Shown: positions 11,918-21,813 of the stretch, piece by piece
Numbering within the stretch: position 1 is the stretch's first letter
Layout: every line of letters starts with the position of its first letter
NCBI GenBank assembly: GCA_965205025.1
Contig: CBDBFU010000032.1
Coordinates: 96,001 to 160,000 of the forward strand
DNA: 64,000 bases
Direction: 5' to 3'
Origin: Candidatus Poribacteria bacterium
GTDB lineage: Bacteria; Poribacteria; WGA-4E; WGA-3G
The notes under the pieces: generated by a model
What the model was told of the DNA's origin: nothing
Databases searched by the model: none
What the model saw: the letters and a program-made list of their open reading frames with translations, nothing else
Program-made: the position numbers and the translations under genes

Positions 11918-13597
11918 ATGCCTAATAAACTGAAACCCCGTAGTTATGCGATAACCGACGGACCGGACCGTGCTGCAGCACGTACGATGCTTATGTTCGG
12001 GGATGGGGGTCTGTCCCCAGAAGATCTTGATAAACCGATTGTTGGGGTCGCCAATACTTGGATCGAAATTGGTCCCTGTAATTTCCATTTAAGACGACTG
12101 GCAGCAAAAGTAAAACAGGGAATTCGTGATGCAGGTGGTACACCCCTTGAATTCAACACCGTTAGCATATCGGATGGTATTACCATGGGAACAGAAGGCA
12201 TGAAAACATCATTGATTAGCCGAGAAGTTATCGCCGATTCTATTGAATTGGTTTCTATCGGTAATATGTTTGATGCCGTTGTGACCCTTTGTGGATGTGA
12301 TAAAACCGTCCCGGGTACAGTTATGGCATTGTCCAGAATAGATATTCCATCTCTCACTCTATATGGTGGATCTATCATGCCGGGAAATTTCCAAGGACGC
12401 GATGTTACAATCCAAGATGTGTTTGAAGCAGTTGGACAACATGCCGAAGGTACAATCACTGTTGAAGAATTGGACGATCTGATTAGTAAAGGATGTCCAG
12501 GCCCCGGGGCATGTGGTGGTCAGTTCACTGCGAATACCATGGCAACTGCTGTTGAAATGTTAGGTATTGCTCCTATGGGTAGCGGTAGTGTTCCTGCTGT
12601 TGCAGAAGAGAAGGATGAAGAAGCATACAAGACGGGTAAGCTTGTTATGGATATGTTGGCTGCCGATAGACGACCCAGTCAGATTATTACACGCAAGTCT
12701 ATTGAAAATGCAATCACTTCTGTTGCTGCAACGGGTGGATCTACCAATGGAATTCTTCATCTCCTCGCCATTGCTTATGAGGCACAAATCCCGTTGACAA
12801 TTGAAGACTTTGATGTGATTAGCAAGAGGACTCCTGTATTGGCAGATTTGAAACCAGGTGGTCAGTTTGTTGCAACTGATTTGTATGAAGCAGGTGGTAT
12901 TCAATTTTTAGCCAAACGTTTAGCAGAAGCTGGATTGCTCCATACCGATGAACTTACTGTCACTGGTAAAACGATTGGTGAAGAGGCAAACGCAGCCGAT
13001 GAGACAGAAGGACAGGTAGTTGTTAGACCTTTAAATGAACCTTTGAAACCCACTGGAGGGTTTGCTATATTGAAGGGTAATTTAGCACCGGATGGATGTG
13101 TCATCAAATTAGCCGGTCAAGAGAAAACTTTACATCGTGGTCCTGCGCGTATTTTTGAACGAGAAGAGGATACATTCGCAGCGATTAAAGGGGGTGAAAT
13201 CAACCCCGGAGATGTTGTGGTTATCCGTTATGAAGGCCCAAATGGTGGTCCCGGTATGCGTGAAATGTTAGGGGTTACCGCTGCCTTGGTCGGTGCAGGA
13301 TTAAGTGAAGATGTTGCACTTCTAACCGATGGTAGATTCTCAGGAGCAACTCATGGATTTATGATATGCCATGTCGCACCAGAAGCATCTATAGGGGGTC
13401 CTATAGCAATACTGGAAGAGGGAGATGAAATCGTAATTGACGCTGAAACGAGACGGCTTGATGTATCACTTTCTGAAGATGAAATCAAGACACGTTTTGA
13501 GAAGTGGACGCCTCCTGAACCCCGCTATACCCGTGGTGTGATGGCAAAATATGCAAAGTCTGTTTCTTCTGCCTCTGAAGGTGCTGTGACAGGATAG
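11918..13597 (+). CDS. ilvD: Dihydroxy-acid dehydratase
   Basis: [38 protein letters not shown] and TDGRFSG motifs. Confidence 0.97.
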   Translation: MPNKLKPRSYAITDGPDRAAARTMLMFGDGGLSPEDLDKPIVGVANTWIEIGPCNFHLRRLAAKVKQGIRDAGGTPLEFNTVSISDGITMGTEGMKTSLISREVIADSIELVSIGNMFDAVVTLCGCDKTVPGTVMALSRIDIPSLTLYGGSIMPGNFQGRDVTIQDVFEAVGQHAEGTITVEELDDLISKGCPGPGACGGQFTANTMATAVEMLGIAPMGSGSVPAVAEEKDEEAYKTGKLVMDMLAADRRPSQIITRKSIENAITSVAATGGSTNGILHLLAIAYEAQIPLTIEDFDVISKRTPVLADLKPGGQFVATDLYEAGGIQFLAKRLAEAGLLHTDELTVTGKTIGEEANAADETEGQVVVRPLNEPLKPTGGFAILKGNLAPDGCVIKLAGQEKTLHRGPARIFEREEDTFAAIKGGEINPGDVVVIRYEGPNGGPGMREMLGVTAALVGAGLSEDVALLTDGRFSGATHGFMICHVAPEASIGGPIAILEEGDEIVIDAETRRLDVSLSEDEIKTRFEKWTPPEPRYTRGVMAKYAKSVSSASEGAVTG

Positions 13598-13629
13598 ACC
13601 TATCGTTTACTAACAAGATTCTCTTATAT

Positions 13630-13658
13630 GGGACAGATGGTTCATCTGTCCCTTATTT
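13630..13658 (+). terminator. Intrinsic terminator after ilvD
   Basis: Perfect 10-bp stem GGGACAGATG-GTT-CATCTGTCCC followed by TTATTT. Confidence 0.7.
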
Positions 13659-13906
13659 CGTTAATCCTTAAACAGAAAAACCTTGTCAGATTAATTTGAA
13701 TTATGTAGAATATACTTAGTCGTGATAGAGAATTTTGTCATATTTGAAATGTCTAAGCAATATACATACTTCTGGATTTTAGAAAGTTATACTGTTTTCA
13801 ATTGAAATATCTACATTACGATTTTTCATCTAAATAGACTAATTAGTTGTAAAATTAGAGTGCTGTAAAAACGGTATGTATATAGAATATACGTCTTAAC
13901 ATATTC

Positions 13907-14024
13907 TGAGTCCCGTAGGGACGGAATGTCTATAGAAAAACTATGAAAACCTAAACTGAGTCCCGGGGAATGCCTAAATGGCATTCATACCGTTGATTTG
14001 GTAGGGACGGAATGTTTATAGAAA
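13907..14024 (-). repeat. Tandem pair of 31-bp REP-like units; the second is interrupted by the 34-bp mini-element
   Basis: 13907-13937 is the exact reverse complement of 48638-48668. The second unit is split by GGGGAATGCC...CGTTGATT (13965-13998). Confidence 0.85.
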
Positions 14025-14132
14025 TAACTATTTCCTAATGCCAATAATGTAAACTAATCAATTAGAGTTGGAAATAATAACTTATGAAGTATATAGATAT
14101 AACGTGTATATGTAAATATCTGCTGTATTAGA

Positions 14133-15236
14133 ATGGAGATACTCATGGATTTGAATAAAGAACTTAATGACCTATCTGAAAGAATTCAAGGATATATAGA
14201 CAATAATCAGGTAAAAGGAGAACAAGCAACGATAAATTATTTGATTAAACCTTTTTTACGTCTTTTAGGATTTGACGATTCTAACCCAGCGGAAGTTGTA
14301 CCAGAATTTACAGCTGATATTGGAACAAAAAAGGGTGAAAAGGTTGATCTTGCAATTTATAAAGAAAGTAAAGTTATTATGTTGATAGAGTGTAAAGATT
14401 GTAATACAGAATTATCCCAAGAAGAATTTTCTCAACTTTATCGTTACTTTGGAGTTGTAACAGAAGCACGAATTGGAGTCTTGACCAATGGTATACAATA
14501 TAGGTTTTATACAGACTTAATAAGACTGAATGTGATGGATACAGATCCATTTTTCGAGTTTAATATATTGGATATGCATCCATCAGTAGTAAATGTCCTT
14601 AATTATCTTACCAAAGATAAATTTGATTTGGATATTACTCGTTCTACTGCAATAGACTTAAAGGAACGAAGAGATATAAAGCAAATTCTGATGAAACAAT
14701 TAGAGACACCTACAAATGATATTGTTGAGTTCTTTCATAAAGCCATAAACTCACAGGTTGAAAAACAAGATTTTACAGACATTGTTAAACGGGCGTTTAA
14801 TGAGTTTATGGATGAACAAAATACGTTACAGTCAAATGTGATTTATGAAGAGATACGGTCTAATGATAATGATGGAGATAAGGTGTCTAATGGAGTAGAT
14901 GAAGAAACTGGCAATAAAGATACGGGTATTCGAAGATTAACGAACATAAGAGTTACTATGCCTGATGGGAGTGTGATATACCATCATAACGCCAAGGAAA
15001 CATATCTTGAAGTTCTGGAAAAATTAGGATTGGAAAAAGTAAGTCGTGTTCGTCCTAATATTGTATCAACTGAGCAATTTTCATATTCAGACAAATGTGA
15101 AAAACGAGGCGAGTTTTGGGTGAGAGGTCTAGAATTTAATACGTATGATAGAATCGTGGAACTCAAAAGGATTTCTAATCAGCTCAATGTATCATTAAAA
15201 ATAGAACAAGTTGAGAAAAATTCAAAATCCGATTGA
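14133..15236 (+). CDS. Type I restriction HsdR N-terminal-like (PD-(D/E)xK) endonuclease domain protein
   Basis: EQAT...I.PFL..LG.D..NP.EVVPEFTAD.G.KKGEKVD.AI, IECK, QL.RYF and LTNG..YRFYTDL motifs. Confidence 0.85.
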   Translation: MEILMDLNKELNDLSERIQGYIDNNQVKGEQATINYLIKPFLRLLGFDDSNPAEVVPEFTADIGTKKGEKVDLAIYKESKVIMLIECKDCNTELSQEEFSQLYRYFGVVTEARIGVLTNGIQYRFYTDLIRLNVMDTDPFFEFNILDMHPSVVNVLNYLTKDKFDLDITRSTAIDLKERRDIKQILMKQLETPTNDIVEFFHKAINSQVEKQDFTDIVKRAFNEFMDEQNTLQSNVIYEEIRSNDNDGDKVSNGVDEETGNKDTGIRRLTNIRVTMPDGSVIYHHNAKETYLEVLEKLGLEKVSRVRPNIVSTEQFSYSDKCEKRGEFWVRGLEFNTYDRIVELKRISNQLNVSLKIEQVEKNSKSD

Positions 15237-15273
15237 TTTATTGAAATCTACTTAAGTGAATTAGTGATGAAAA

Positions 15274-15600
15274 GTGATTAGAATAGAGAAAGGTAGTAGT
15301 AACATATACAGTGATTTGGGATACACAAATCCTGATGAAATGCAGACTAAGGCACATCTCGTTTTCAGAATTGAAGACAGTATAACTGAACGGAAACTTA
15401 GCTTAGACGAAGCATCTCAAATTATGAATATTACTGAATCTGAGCTATCAGATATTTTAGACGGTCTGTTTCGTAATTTATCTCTCAAACAGTTAGAATT
15501 ATTATTTGCTAAACTGGAACATGGTATTGAGAATATCCATCAGAATAAACCATCCAAATCAACGACTCAAGAACGACGTATAACTTCATCAGCAAATTAA
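15274..15600 (+). CDS. XRE/HTH_37 (HigA2-like) helix-turn-helix protein
   Basis: SSNIYSDLG..PDEM..KA.L...I...I..RKLS..EA..I.....LS.I..G.F...SL..L pattern. Confidence 0.75.
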   Translation: MIRIEKGSSNIYSDLGYTNPDEMQTKAHLVFRIEDSITERKLSLDEASQIMNITESELSDILDGLFRNLSLKQLELLFAKLEHGIENIHQNKPSKSTTQERRITSSAN

Positions 15601-15649
15601 TTCTAAATCTATATTCCTGTTCAAATAATCTCATAAATTATCCATCAAA

Positions 15650-16630
15650 ATGGAAACCAAATCCTATTCCTTTCACATCAACCCAGAACAGAATGGAGAA
15701 CGACTGGATAGGTTTCTAATCAAACAGACTGATGACATATCGCGAACCTATCTACAGAAACTGATCCGTGATGGTGCTGTCACCGTTAATGATAAGATTT
15801 CAAAACAACCAAGTTATACACTTCGTTCTGGTGATCAAGTTTGTCTAACACTTCCTGATTCCCAACCTTTAGAAACCTTACAACCTGAAGATATACCCCT
15901 TGACATTCTATATGAAGATAGTCATCTGATTGTTCTAAACAAATCAGCAGGAATGCTTGTTCATCCTGCAAGTGGTGTGAATTCTGGTACGCTTGTAAAT
16001 GCATTGCTTTCACACTGTACCGATTTGTCTGGTATTGGTGGTGTGGAAAGACCGGGGATCGTCCATAGATTAGACAAAGATACATCAGGGATTCTTGTTG
16101 TTGCCAAGTCGGATGTTGTGCATCGCAACTTATCTAAGCAGTTTGAAGAACATACGATTACCCGTCAATATGTTGCAATCGTCTGTGGTATACCAGAGGA
16201 AATAACAGGCACAATTGATGCTCAAATAGCAAGAAGTCGACGTGACAGAAGAAGAATGACAACGGTCAAATCTGATGGACGAGATGCAATTACACATTAT
16301 CAGGTTTTGGAGATATATAGCAGATTTGCCTTGGTTCAATTGACTTTAGAAACAGGTCGACTACATCAAATACGAGTACATCTTCAACACATTGGACACC
16401 CTGTTGCTGCGGATCCAATTTATGGTGGTGAGCAACGTGCCTTAGGTGATGCTGAAACAAATCCGCTGAAGCATGCGCTATTATCCCTTAAACGACAAGC
16501 ACTACACGCACGCACACTCAAATTTGAGCATCCTGTCACCCAAGAACAGATGCATTTTTCAGCACCTAAACCTGCAGATCTTTACAGACTTGTAAATGAA
16601 TTGCGCAGGTCTATTCGGTCATATTCCTAA
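15650..16630 (+). CDS. rluD: RluA-family (RluD-like) rRNA pseudouridine synthase
   Basis: S4 domain (ERLD.FL...SR..LQKLI..G.V.VN), RPGIVHRLDKDTSG and LETGR.HQIRVH. Confidence 0.9.
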   Translation: METKSYSFHINPEQNGERLDRFLIKQTDDISRTYLQKLIRDGAVTVNDKISKQPSYTLRSGDQVCLTLPDSQPLETLQPEDIPLDILYEDSHLIVLNKSAGMLVHPASGVNSGTLVNALLSHCTDLSGIGGVERPGIVHRLDKDTSGILVVAKSDVVHRNLSKQFEEHTITRQYVAIVCGIPEEITGTIDAQIARSRRDRRRMTTVKSDGRDAITHYQVLEIYSRFALVQLTLETGRLHQIRVHLQHIGHPVAADPIYGGEQRALGDAETNPLKHALLSLKRQALHARTLKFEHPVTQEQMHFSAPKPADLYRLVNELRRSIRSYS

Positions 16631-16718
16631 CAAATTAGAAGCATCATCTAAAACTGTAGGAAAACAATCGGATATTATGATATTATGTAACCATCAACAG
16701 ATGTGATAGGAGAAGGAT

Positions 16719-17705
16719 ATGGAATATGTCAATTTTGGTAAAGCGGGTGTAAAGGTGAGTCCGCTTGCTTTAGGGTTAGGATTTCGTGGACAAGGTGATG
16801 AAAACGATGCACAACGTTTGATTGAACATGCTATTGATTCAGGTATTAATCTTATTGATTGTGCTAATATATACGGTCCAATGGATGACCGTGCCAATAT
16901 TGGACGTTCCGAGGTTATTCTTGGGAAAGCGATTAAGGGTAAACGGGATGATGTGGTGATAACATCTAAAGTATGTAGCCACATTGGTCAAGGTCCGAAC
17001 GATTATGGGTTATCTCGATACCATATCATGCGGGAGATTGATCGATCCTTGAAACGTTTGGACACCGATCATATTGATGTTTATCTAATACATGTTACGG
17101 ATGATACTACTCCGCAGGAAGAGACAATTCGTGCATTAGACGATCTGGTTCGTTCTGGTAAAGTGCGATATCTTGGGTGTTGTAACCATCAGGCATGGGA
17201 GGTATGCAAAGCACTTTGGATTGCAGATAGCATTAACGCTACACCTTATATGTGCGTTCAGAATATGTATAACCTGCTGAATCGTGATTTAGAAACAGAG
17301 ATGTTCGGATTAGTTCGAGAAGAAGGACTTGGGGTGATGTGTTATAGTCCACTATCTGTGGGTTTATTGAGTGGTGTCTATTCTCCAGATGAATCACCAC
17401 CTGAAGGAACGCTTTGGGCAACACGATACAGAGAGGAATTTAACCGACGCATGAGTGGTGCTACGGGGAAGGTAATCAGCACACTTAAACGTCTTGCGGA
17501 TGAGATTGGAAAAACTCCTGCGCAACTCGCTGTGGCATGGGTAATTTCACATCCAGAAGTGTCTGTCGCTATAAGCGGAAGTGATACTATAGAACAGTTA
17601 GATGACACCCTCGGCGGGGTTGGCTGGGAATTGGATGCTGAGATACGTGAAGCATTGGATGAAGTGTCACGATCGTTTGTTAGGTTAACCGCTCCACCAT
17701 TTTAA
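16719..17705 (+). CDS. Aldo/keto reductase
   Basis: GINLIDCANIYG, SLKRLDTDHIDVY.IH, GKVRYLG and YSPL..GLL.G motifs. Confidence 0.92.
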   Translation: MEYVNFGKAGVKVSPLALGLGFRGQGDENDAQRLIEHAIDSGINLIDCANIYGPMDDRANIGRSEVILGKAIKGKRDDVVITSKVCSHIGQGPNDYGLSRYHIMREIDRSLKRLDTDHIDVYLIHVTDDTTPQEETIRALDDLVRSGKVRYLGCCNHQAWEVCKALWIADSINATPYMCVQNMYNLLNRDLETEMFGLVREEGLGVMCYSPLSVGLLSGVYSPDESPPEGTLWATRYREEFNRRMSGATGKVISTLKRLADEIGKTPAQLAVAWVISHPEVSVAISGSDTIEQLDDTLGGVGWELDAEIREALDEVSRSFVRLTAPPF

Positions 17706-17726
17706 TTAAGCTATGATAATATCTAA

Positions 17727-17848
17727 CAGGACTTACGCATTTCATCTTAAAGTCCCCCTGATAAGGGGGATTTAGGGGGTTAAAACAATGAAATGACGGC
17801 TTTTTAAGTCAAATTTTACCTATTTCTACTTAAGTTGCGTAAGTCCTG
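17727..17848. mobile_element. 122-bp MITE with 13-bp TIR CAGGACTTACGCA and 5-bp target duplication TCTAA
   Basis: TIRs at 17727-39 and 17836-48; TCTAA at 17722-26 and 17849-53; internal CCCCCTGATAAGGGGG hairpin. Confidence 0.85.
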
Positions 17849-17849
17849 T

Positions 17850-19724
17850 CTAATTTGATTCCTCAGCTGCGAGTTCCCATATTAATACGGTTCCGTCTGA
17901 ACTTCCACTTACAAGGGTTTTTCCATCAGGACTAAACACTACACTGTTTACACCTCCTGTATGTCCAGTTAATCTTAAGAGGAATGTGTTTGACCTTATA
18001 TCCCACAGACATATTGTATCATCCCAACTTCCACTTGCGAGAGTTCTTCCATCAGGACTAAAAGATACACACAAGACGTTATCTGAATGTAGAGGCAGCA
18101 TCTGAAGAGATTTACCTGTCTCTACATCCCACAGATGCACAGTATCATCCCATCCACCACTGGCAAGGATTTTACCATCTGGACTGAACGCAACGCTACT
18201 TACTCTATCTGTATGCTTAGTCAATATATGTTTCGTATCACCTGTCTGAGAATCCCATAATCGTATTGTATTATCCCAACTTGCACTTGCCAGAATCTCC
18301 CCGTCCGGACTAAAATCAAGATCTGAAATATTTTCCTGATGTCCCATAAAAGAATTGAGGTTATCTCCGGTCTGTATACTCCATAAATGGATGACTTTAT
18401 CTTCACTTGATCCTGCAAGAATTGTTCCTTCAGGATTAAATGTAAGAGTATTAAACCCATCCGTAGGAACTGTGATCGTATGTATAGATGTTCCTGTCTT
18501 GATATCTCGCACAAGTACGGTCTCGTCATCATGGCTGGCACTTGCGATTGTTTTACCATCTGGACTAAATACTATACTGGCGACAAACCAGGTATGTCCA
18601 GGTAATTCCTGTAGAAGTGTGCCTGTTAGTCTATCCCACAATAACACATATCCTCTTTTACTGCTATCAGTTGCTATTATCTCACCATTCGGACTCAACG
18701 TAATATCACCGCCTATACCCCTTGATCCATTAAAATCCAAAATGTGTTTTCTGGACTTAGTATCCCATAGACATACTGTTTCCCCACCACTTCCAGTTGC
18801 GAATGTTTTACCATCAGGACTAAAGGCAATACTTTTAAAATCATCCGTATGTCCTTTGATAATTCGTAGAGATTCCCCGGTTTCCACATCCCAAAAACAA
18901 ATTCTCTTATCCCAGACTCCTATACTGACGAGAGTATTTCCATCTGGACTGAATACGACATCAATCACTCCACCGGCTGTATGTCCTTTGAGGATATGTA
19001 TGGATTCACCTGTTTCAATATCCCACAATCGTACTGTTCTATCCCAGCTTGTAGTTGCTATTGTTTTTCCTCTTGGACTGAATGCTACCGCTATAAGGTT
19101 TTTCTGATGTCCGATGAATGTATTAAGATGTTTACCTGTTTCGACATTCCAAATACGTGCAGTTTGATCAAAACTTGCGGTTACAAGAGTTTCTCCATCA
19201 GGACTAAACGCTACATCCCCTATTTTATTCGTATGTCCATAGAGCGCCCGTAACGATACACCTTTTCGAACATCCCATATACGTGCAGAATTATCGACAC
19301 TCCCACTTGCTAATAAATCACCATTCGGACTGAATACCACACTGAGGATACTGTTAGTATGTCCTGTCATCGTACCAAGTAGTGTTCCTGTTCTCACATC
19401 CCATAGTCGAATGATCTTATCTTTACTTCCAGTTGCCAACGTTAATCCGTTCGGACTAAATGCCACGCTATTAACCTCAGAAATATGTGGCATAAACAGA
19501 TTGAGTTTTTCACCAGTGTTTGCATCGTGTATCCAAACACCTATTGTAGTCGCAACTGCTAATAGTTTTCCATTAGGGGAGTAAGTTATTTGTCTGAGTG
19601 GTCCTTTACCCAAACGTAATATCGCACCATCGGGTAAACCCCATTTTCTGTAGTCGTCGGCAATAGTGTTTGTAGCTAATACAACTATCAATATCAAATA
19701 TAAGAATACCAGTATTTTCTTCAA
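17850..19724 (-). CDS. Secreted WD40-repeat protein (array member 1)
   Basis: Signal peptide, DYRKWGLPDGAILRLGKG cap, about 14 WD40 repeats. TTG start at 19724 with an AGGAG RBS. Confidence 0.9.
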   Translation of the reverse strand: MKKILVFLYLILIVVLATNTIADDYRKWGLPDGAILRLGKGPLRQITYSPNGKLLAVATTIGVWIHDANTGEKLNLFMPHISEVNSVAFSPNGLTLATGSKDKIIRLWDVRTGTLLGTMTGHTNSILSVVFSPNGDLLASGSVDNSARIWDVRKGVSLRALYGHTNKIGDVAFSPDGETLVTASFDQTARIWNVETGKHLNTFIGHQKNLIAVAFSPRGKTIATTSWDRTVRLWDIETGESIHILKGHTAGGVIDVVFSPDGNTLVSIGVWDKRICFWDVETGESLRIIKGHTDDFKSIAFSPDGKTFATGSGGETVCLWDTKSRKHILDFNGSRGIGGDITLSPNGEIIATDSSKRGYVLLWDRLTGTLLQELPGHTWFVASIVFSPDGKTIASASHDDETVLVRDIKTGTSIHTITVPTDGFNTLTFNPEGTILAGSSEDKVIHLWSIQTGDNLNSFMGHQENISDLDFSPDGEILASASWDNTIRLWDSQTGDTKHILTKHTDRVSSVAFSPDGKILASGGWDDTVHLWDVETGKSLQMLPLHSDNVLCVSFSPDGRTLASGSWDDTICLWDIRSNTFLLRLTGHTGGVNSVVFSPDGKTLVSGSSDGTVLIWELAAEESN

Positions 19725-19868
19725 TAATAAGTCTCCTATACATATAGGTTGTTGGGGATAATAAGTCAAAGGTTGTTTAGTTACACAGGAGGGGATGCAC
19801 AAATTGGTATGTGCTATCGTAAGAATTACTGGACTATATCTAAGAAATAGAGGAGGGGAATTATCAAC

Positions 19869-21713
19869 TTATTCAGATGTGAGGTCCCATAGAAGTACAG
19901 TACCATTGAAACATCCACTGGCAACTGTTCTTCCGTCTGGACTGTAAGCAATGCTATCAATACCAGCCGTATGTCCAGATAGAATACCGTGGAGTGTACC
20001 GGTTTGCGTATTCCACAATCGTACCGTAGTGTCCCTACTGCCACTTGCAAGAATATTACCATCAGGACTGAAAACGATACTTCTTACATCATTTCCATGT
20101 CCTTTTAATATGTATAATACCTTACCTGTTTTCACATCCCATAGACGTATAGTGTTGTCCTTACCTGAACTTGCTAACATATTTCCATTCGAACTAAAAG
20201 CAACACTAAAAACCCAATTCGTATGTTCGTCTAACACCTTTAGTTGTTTATGTGTTTCCACATCCCACAAACGGACAGTCATGTCTCTACTGGCACTTGC
20301 TAATGTCTTGCCATCCGGACTGAACGCAAGACTATAGACACTTCCATCATGTTCATTAAACGTAAAAAGATGTTCACTTGATTCTACATCCCACAAACAA
20401 ATAGTATTGTCCAAATCTCCACTCGCGAGCAATTTTCCATCTGGACTAAAGGCAACAGTCATGATATCATCTGTATGTCCAGCGTAGATGCTTAGAAGTT
20501 CACCTGTTTTCACATCGGACAAACGCAAAGTAGTATCTATTCCGCCACTTGCGATGGTATTTCCATCCGGACTGAAGACAGCACTATATACATACATCGT
20601 GTGTCCAAGAAACCTACGAACCAGTTTACCCGTTTGTACTTCCCACAAACGCACTGTTAAATCTCTTCCACCCGTTAATAGTGTCTTTCCATTAGGACTA
20701 AAAGCAACGGTTTTGACAGATCCCGAATGTCCTGTCAACGTTTGCTGTAAGTTCATTGTTTCCGAATCATACAAACGAATTGTACCCTTTAAACTCCAAC
20801 CGACAAATGTCTTCCCATCTGGACTAAATACCAGATACGAGCCATGTCCTTCTTTTTTTCGAATTGTTAGACCTGTTTGTAAATTCCATAGGAATAAGAC
20901 ATCGGAATAATCTGCACTATACAGAATCTTACCATTTGTACTAAACACAACACAACTTACCGAATTTATATGTCCAGTAAGTACTTTAAGATGTGTACCT
21001 GTTTTCACATCCCATAAACGAATAGTTTTATCCCATCCCCCACTTGCGATCGTTTTTCCATCAGGACTAAACGCTACTGTCAATACATTATTATCATGTT
21101 CAGTTAATGTTTGAAGTTCATCACCTGATGCTACGTTCCATAAACGAACAGTCTTGTCCCAACTCGAACTCGCAATCATCGACCCGTCAGGACTAAATGT
21201 CACCTTTGTAATCCTTTCTTTATGTCCGGTCATTGACCGAAGCAAGTCACTCGAAGGTACATCCCATAGATTGATAACATGGTCATCCCCGGTACTTGCG
21301 AGGATTTTACTATCAGGACTGAATACCATACTAAAGATTGTTCTCGTATGTTCTTTTAATGATATTAGATGTGTCCCCGTTCGCGCATCCCATAAACGGA
21401 TTGTTCTGTCATATCCACCACTTGCTAACAATGAACCATCCCTACTAAAAGTTATGATGTTTACCTCAGAATTATGCCCAGTGAGTAGATCGAGTTCTTT
21501 ACCTGTTTGTGCATCATAAATCCAAATACCTATACCACCTGCTACTGCAAGTAGTTTGCCATCTGAGGAATAAGCTATATCACCTATACTACCTTTACCC
21601 AGACGTAATTTCGCACCATCAGGTAAACCCCATTTTACGTAATCTTGGGAAAAAGTGTTTGTGATTAAAGTAAAAATTGAGAGCCAAACAGTTAAAAATA
21701 GTATCCTCTTCAA
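19869..21713 (-). CDS. Secreted WD40-repeat protein (array member 2)
   Basis: Signal peptide, DYVKWGLPDGAKLRLGKG cap, WD40 repeats. TTG start with an AAGGAG RBS. Confidence 0.9.
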   Translation of the reverse strand: MKRILFLTVWLSIFTLITNTFSQDYVKWGLPDGAKLRLGKGSIGDIAYSSDGKLLAVAGGIGIWIYDAQTGKELDLLTGHNSEVNIITFSRDGSLLASGGYDRTIRLWDARTGTHLISLKEHTRTIFSMVFSPDSKILASTGDDHVINLWDVPSSDLLRSMTGHKERITKVTFSPDGSMIASSSWDKTVRLWNVASGDELQTLTEHDNNVLTVAFSPDGKTIASGGWDKTIRLWDVKTGTHLKVLTGHINSVSCVVFSTNGKILYSADYSDVLFLWNLQTGLTIRKKEGHGSYLVFSPDGKTFVGWSLKGTIRLYDSETMNLQQTLTGHSGSVKTVAFSPNGKTLLTGGRDLTVRLWEVQTGKLVRRFLGHTMYVYSAVFSPDGNTIASGGIDTTLRLSDVKTGELLSIYAGHTDDIMTVAFSPDGKLLASGDLDNTICLWDVESSEHLFTFNEHDGSVYSLAFSPDGKTLASASRDMTVRLWDVETHKQLKVLDEHTNWVFSVAFSSNGNMLASSGKDNTIRLWDVKTGKVLYILKGHGNDVRSIVFSPDGNILASGSRDTTVRLWNTQTGTLHGILSGHTAGIDSIAYSPDGRTVASGCFNGTVLLWDLTSE

Positions 21714-21813
21714 TACAGAATTCTCCTTTTATTGCGAATTATATGATGAATTTAAACTAACGGTTGTACTGTTACACAGAAGTGGATGCAGGATATACAT
21801 TCTGTTAATTTGG

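Noticed and set aside
18355-19107. Long antisense ORFs over the WD40 genes (e.g. 250 aa) and over ilvD, CaCA and the C25 gene
   Set aside because: Shadow frames of repetitive coding sequence (recurrent PSGL = antisense of SPDG); no RBS or family signal.
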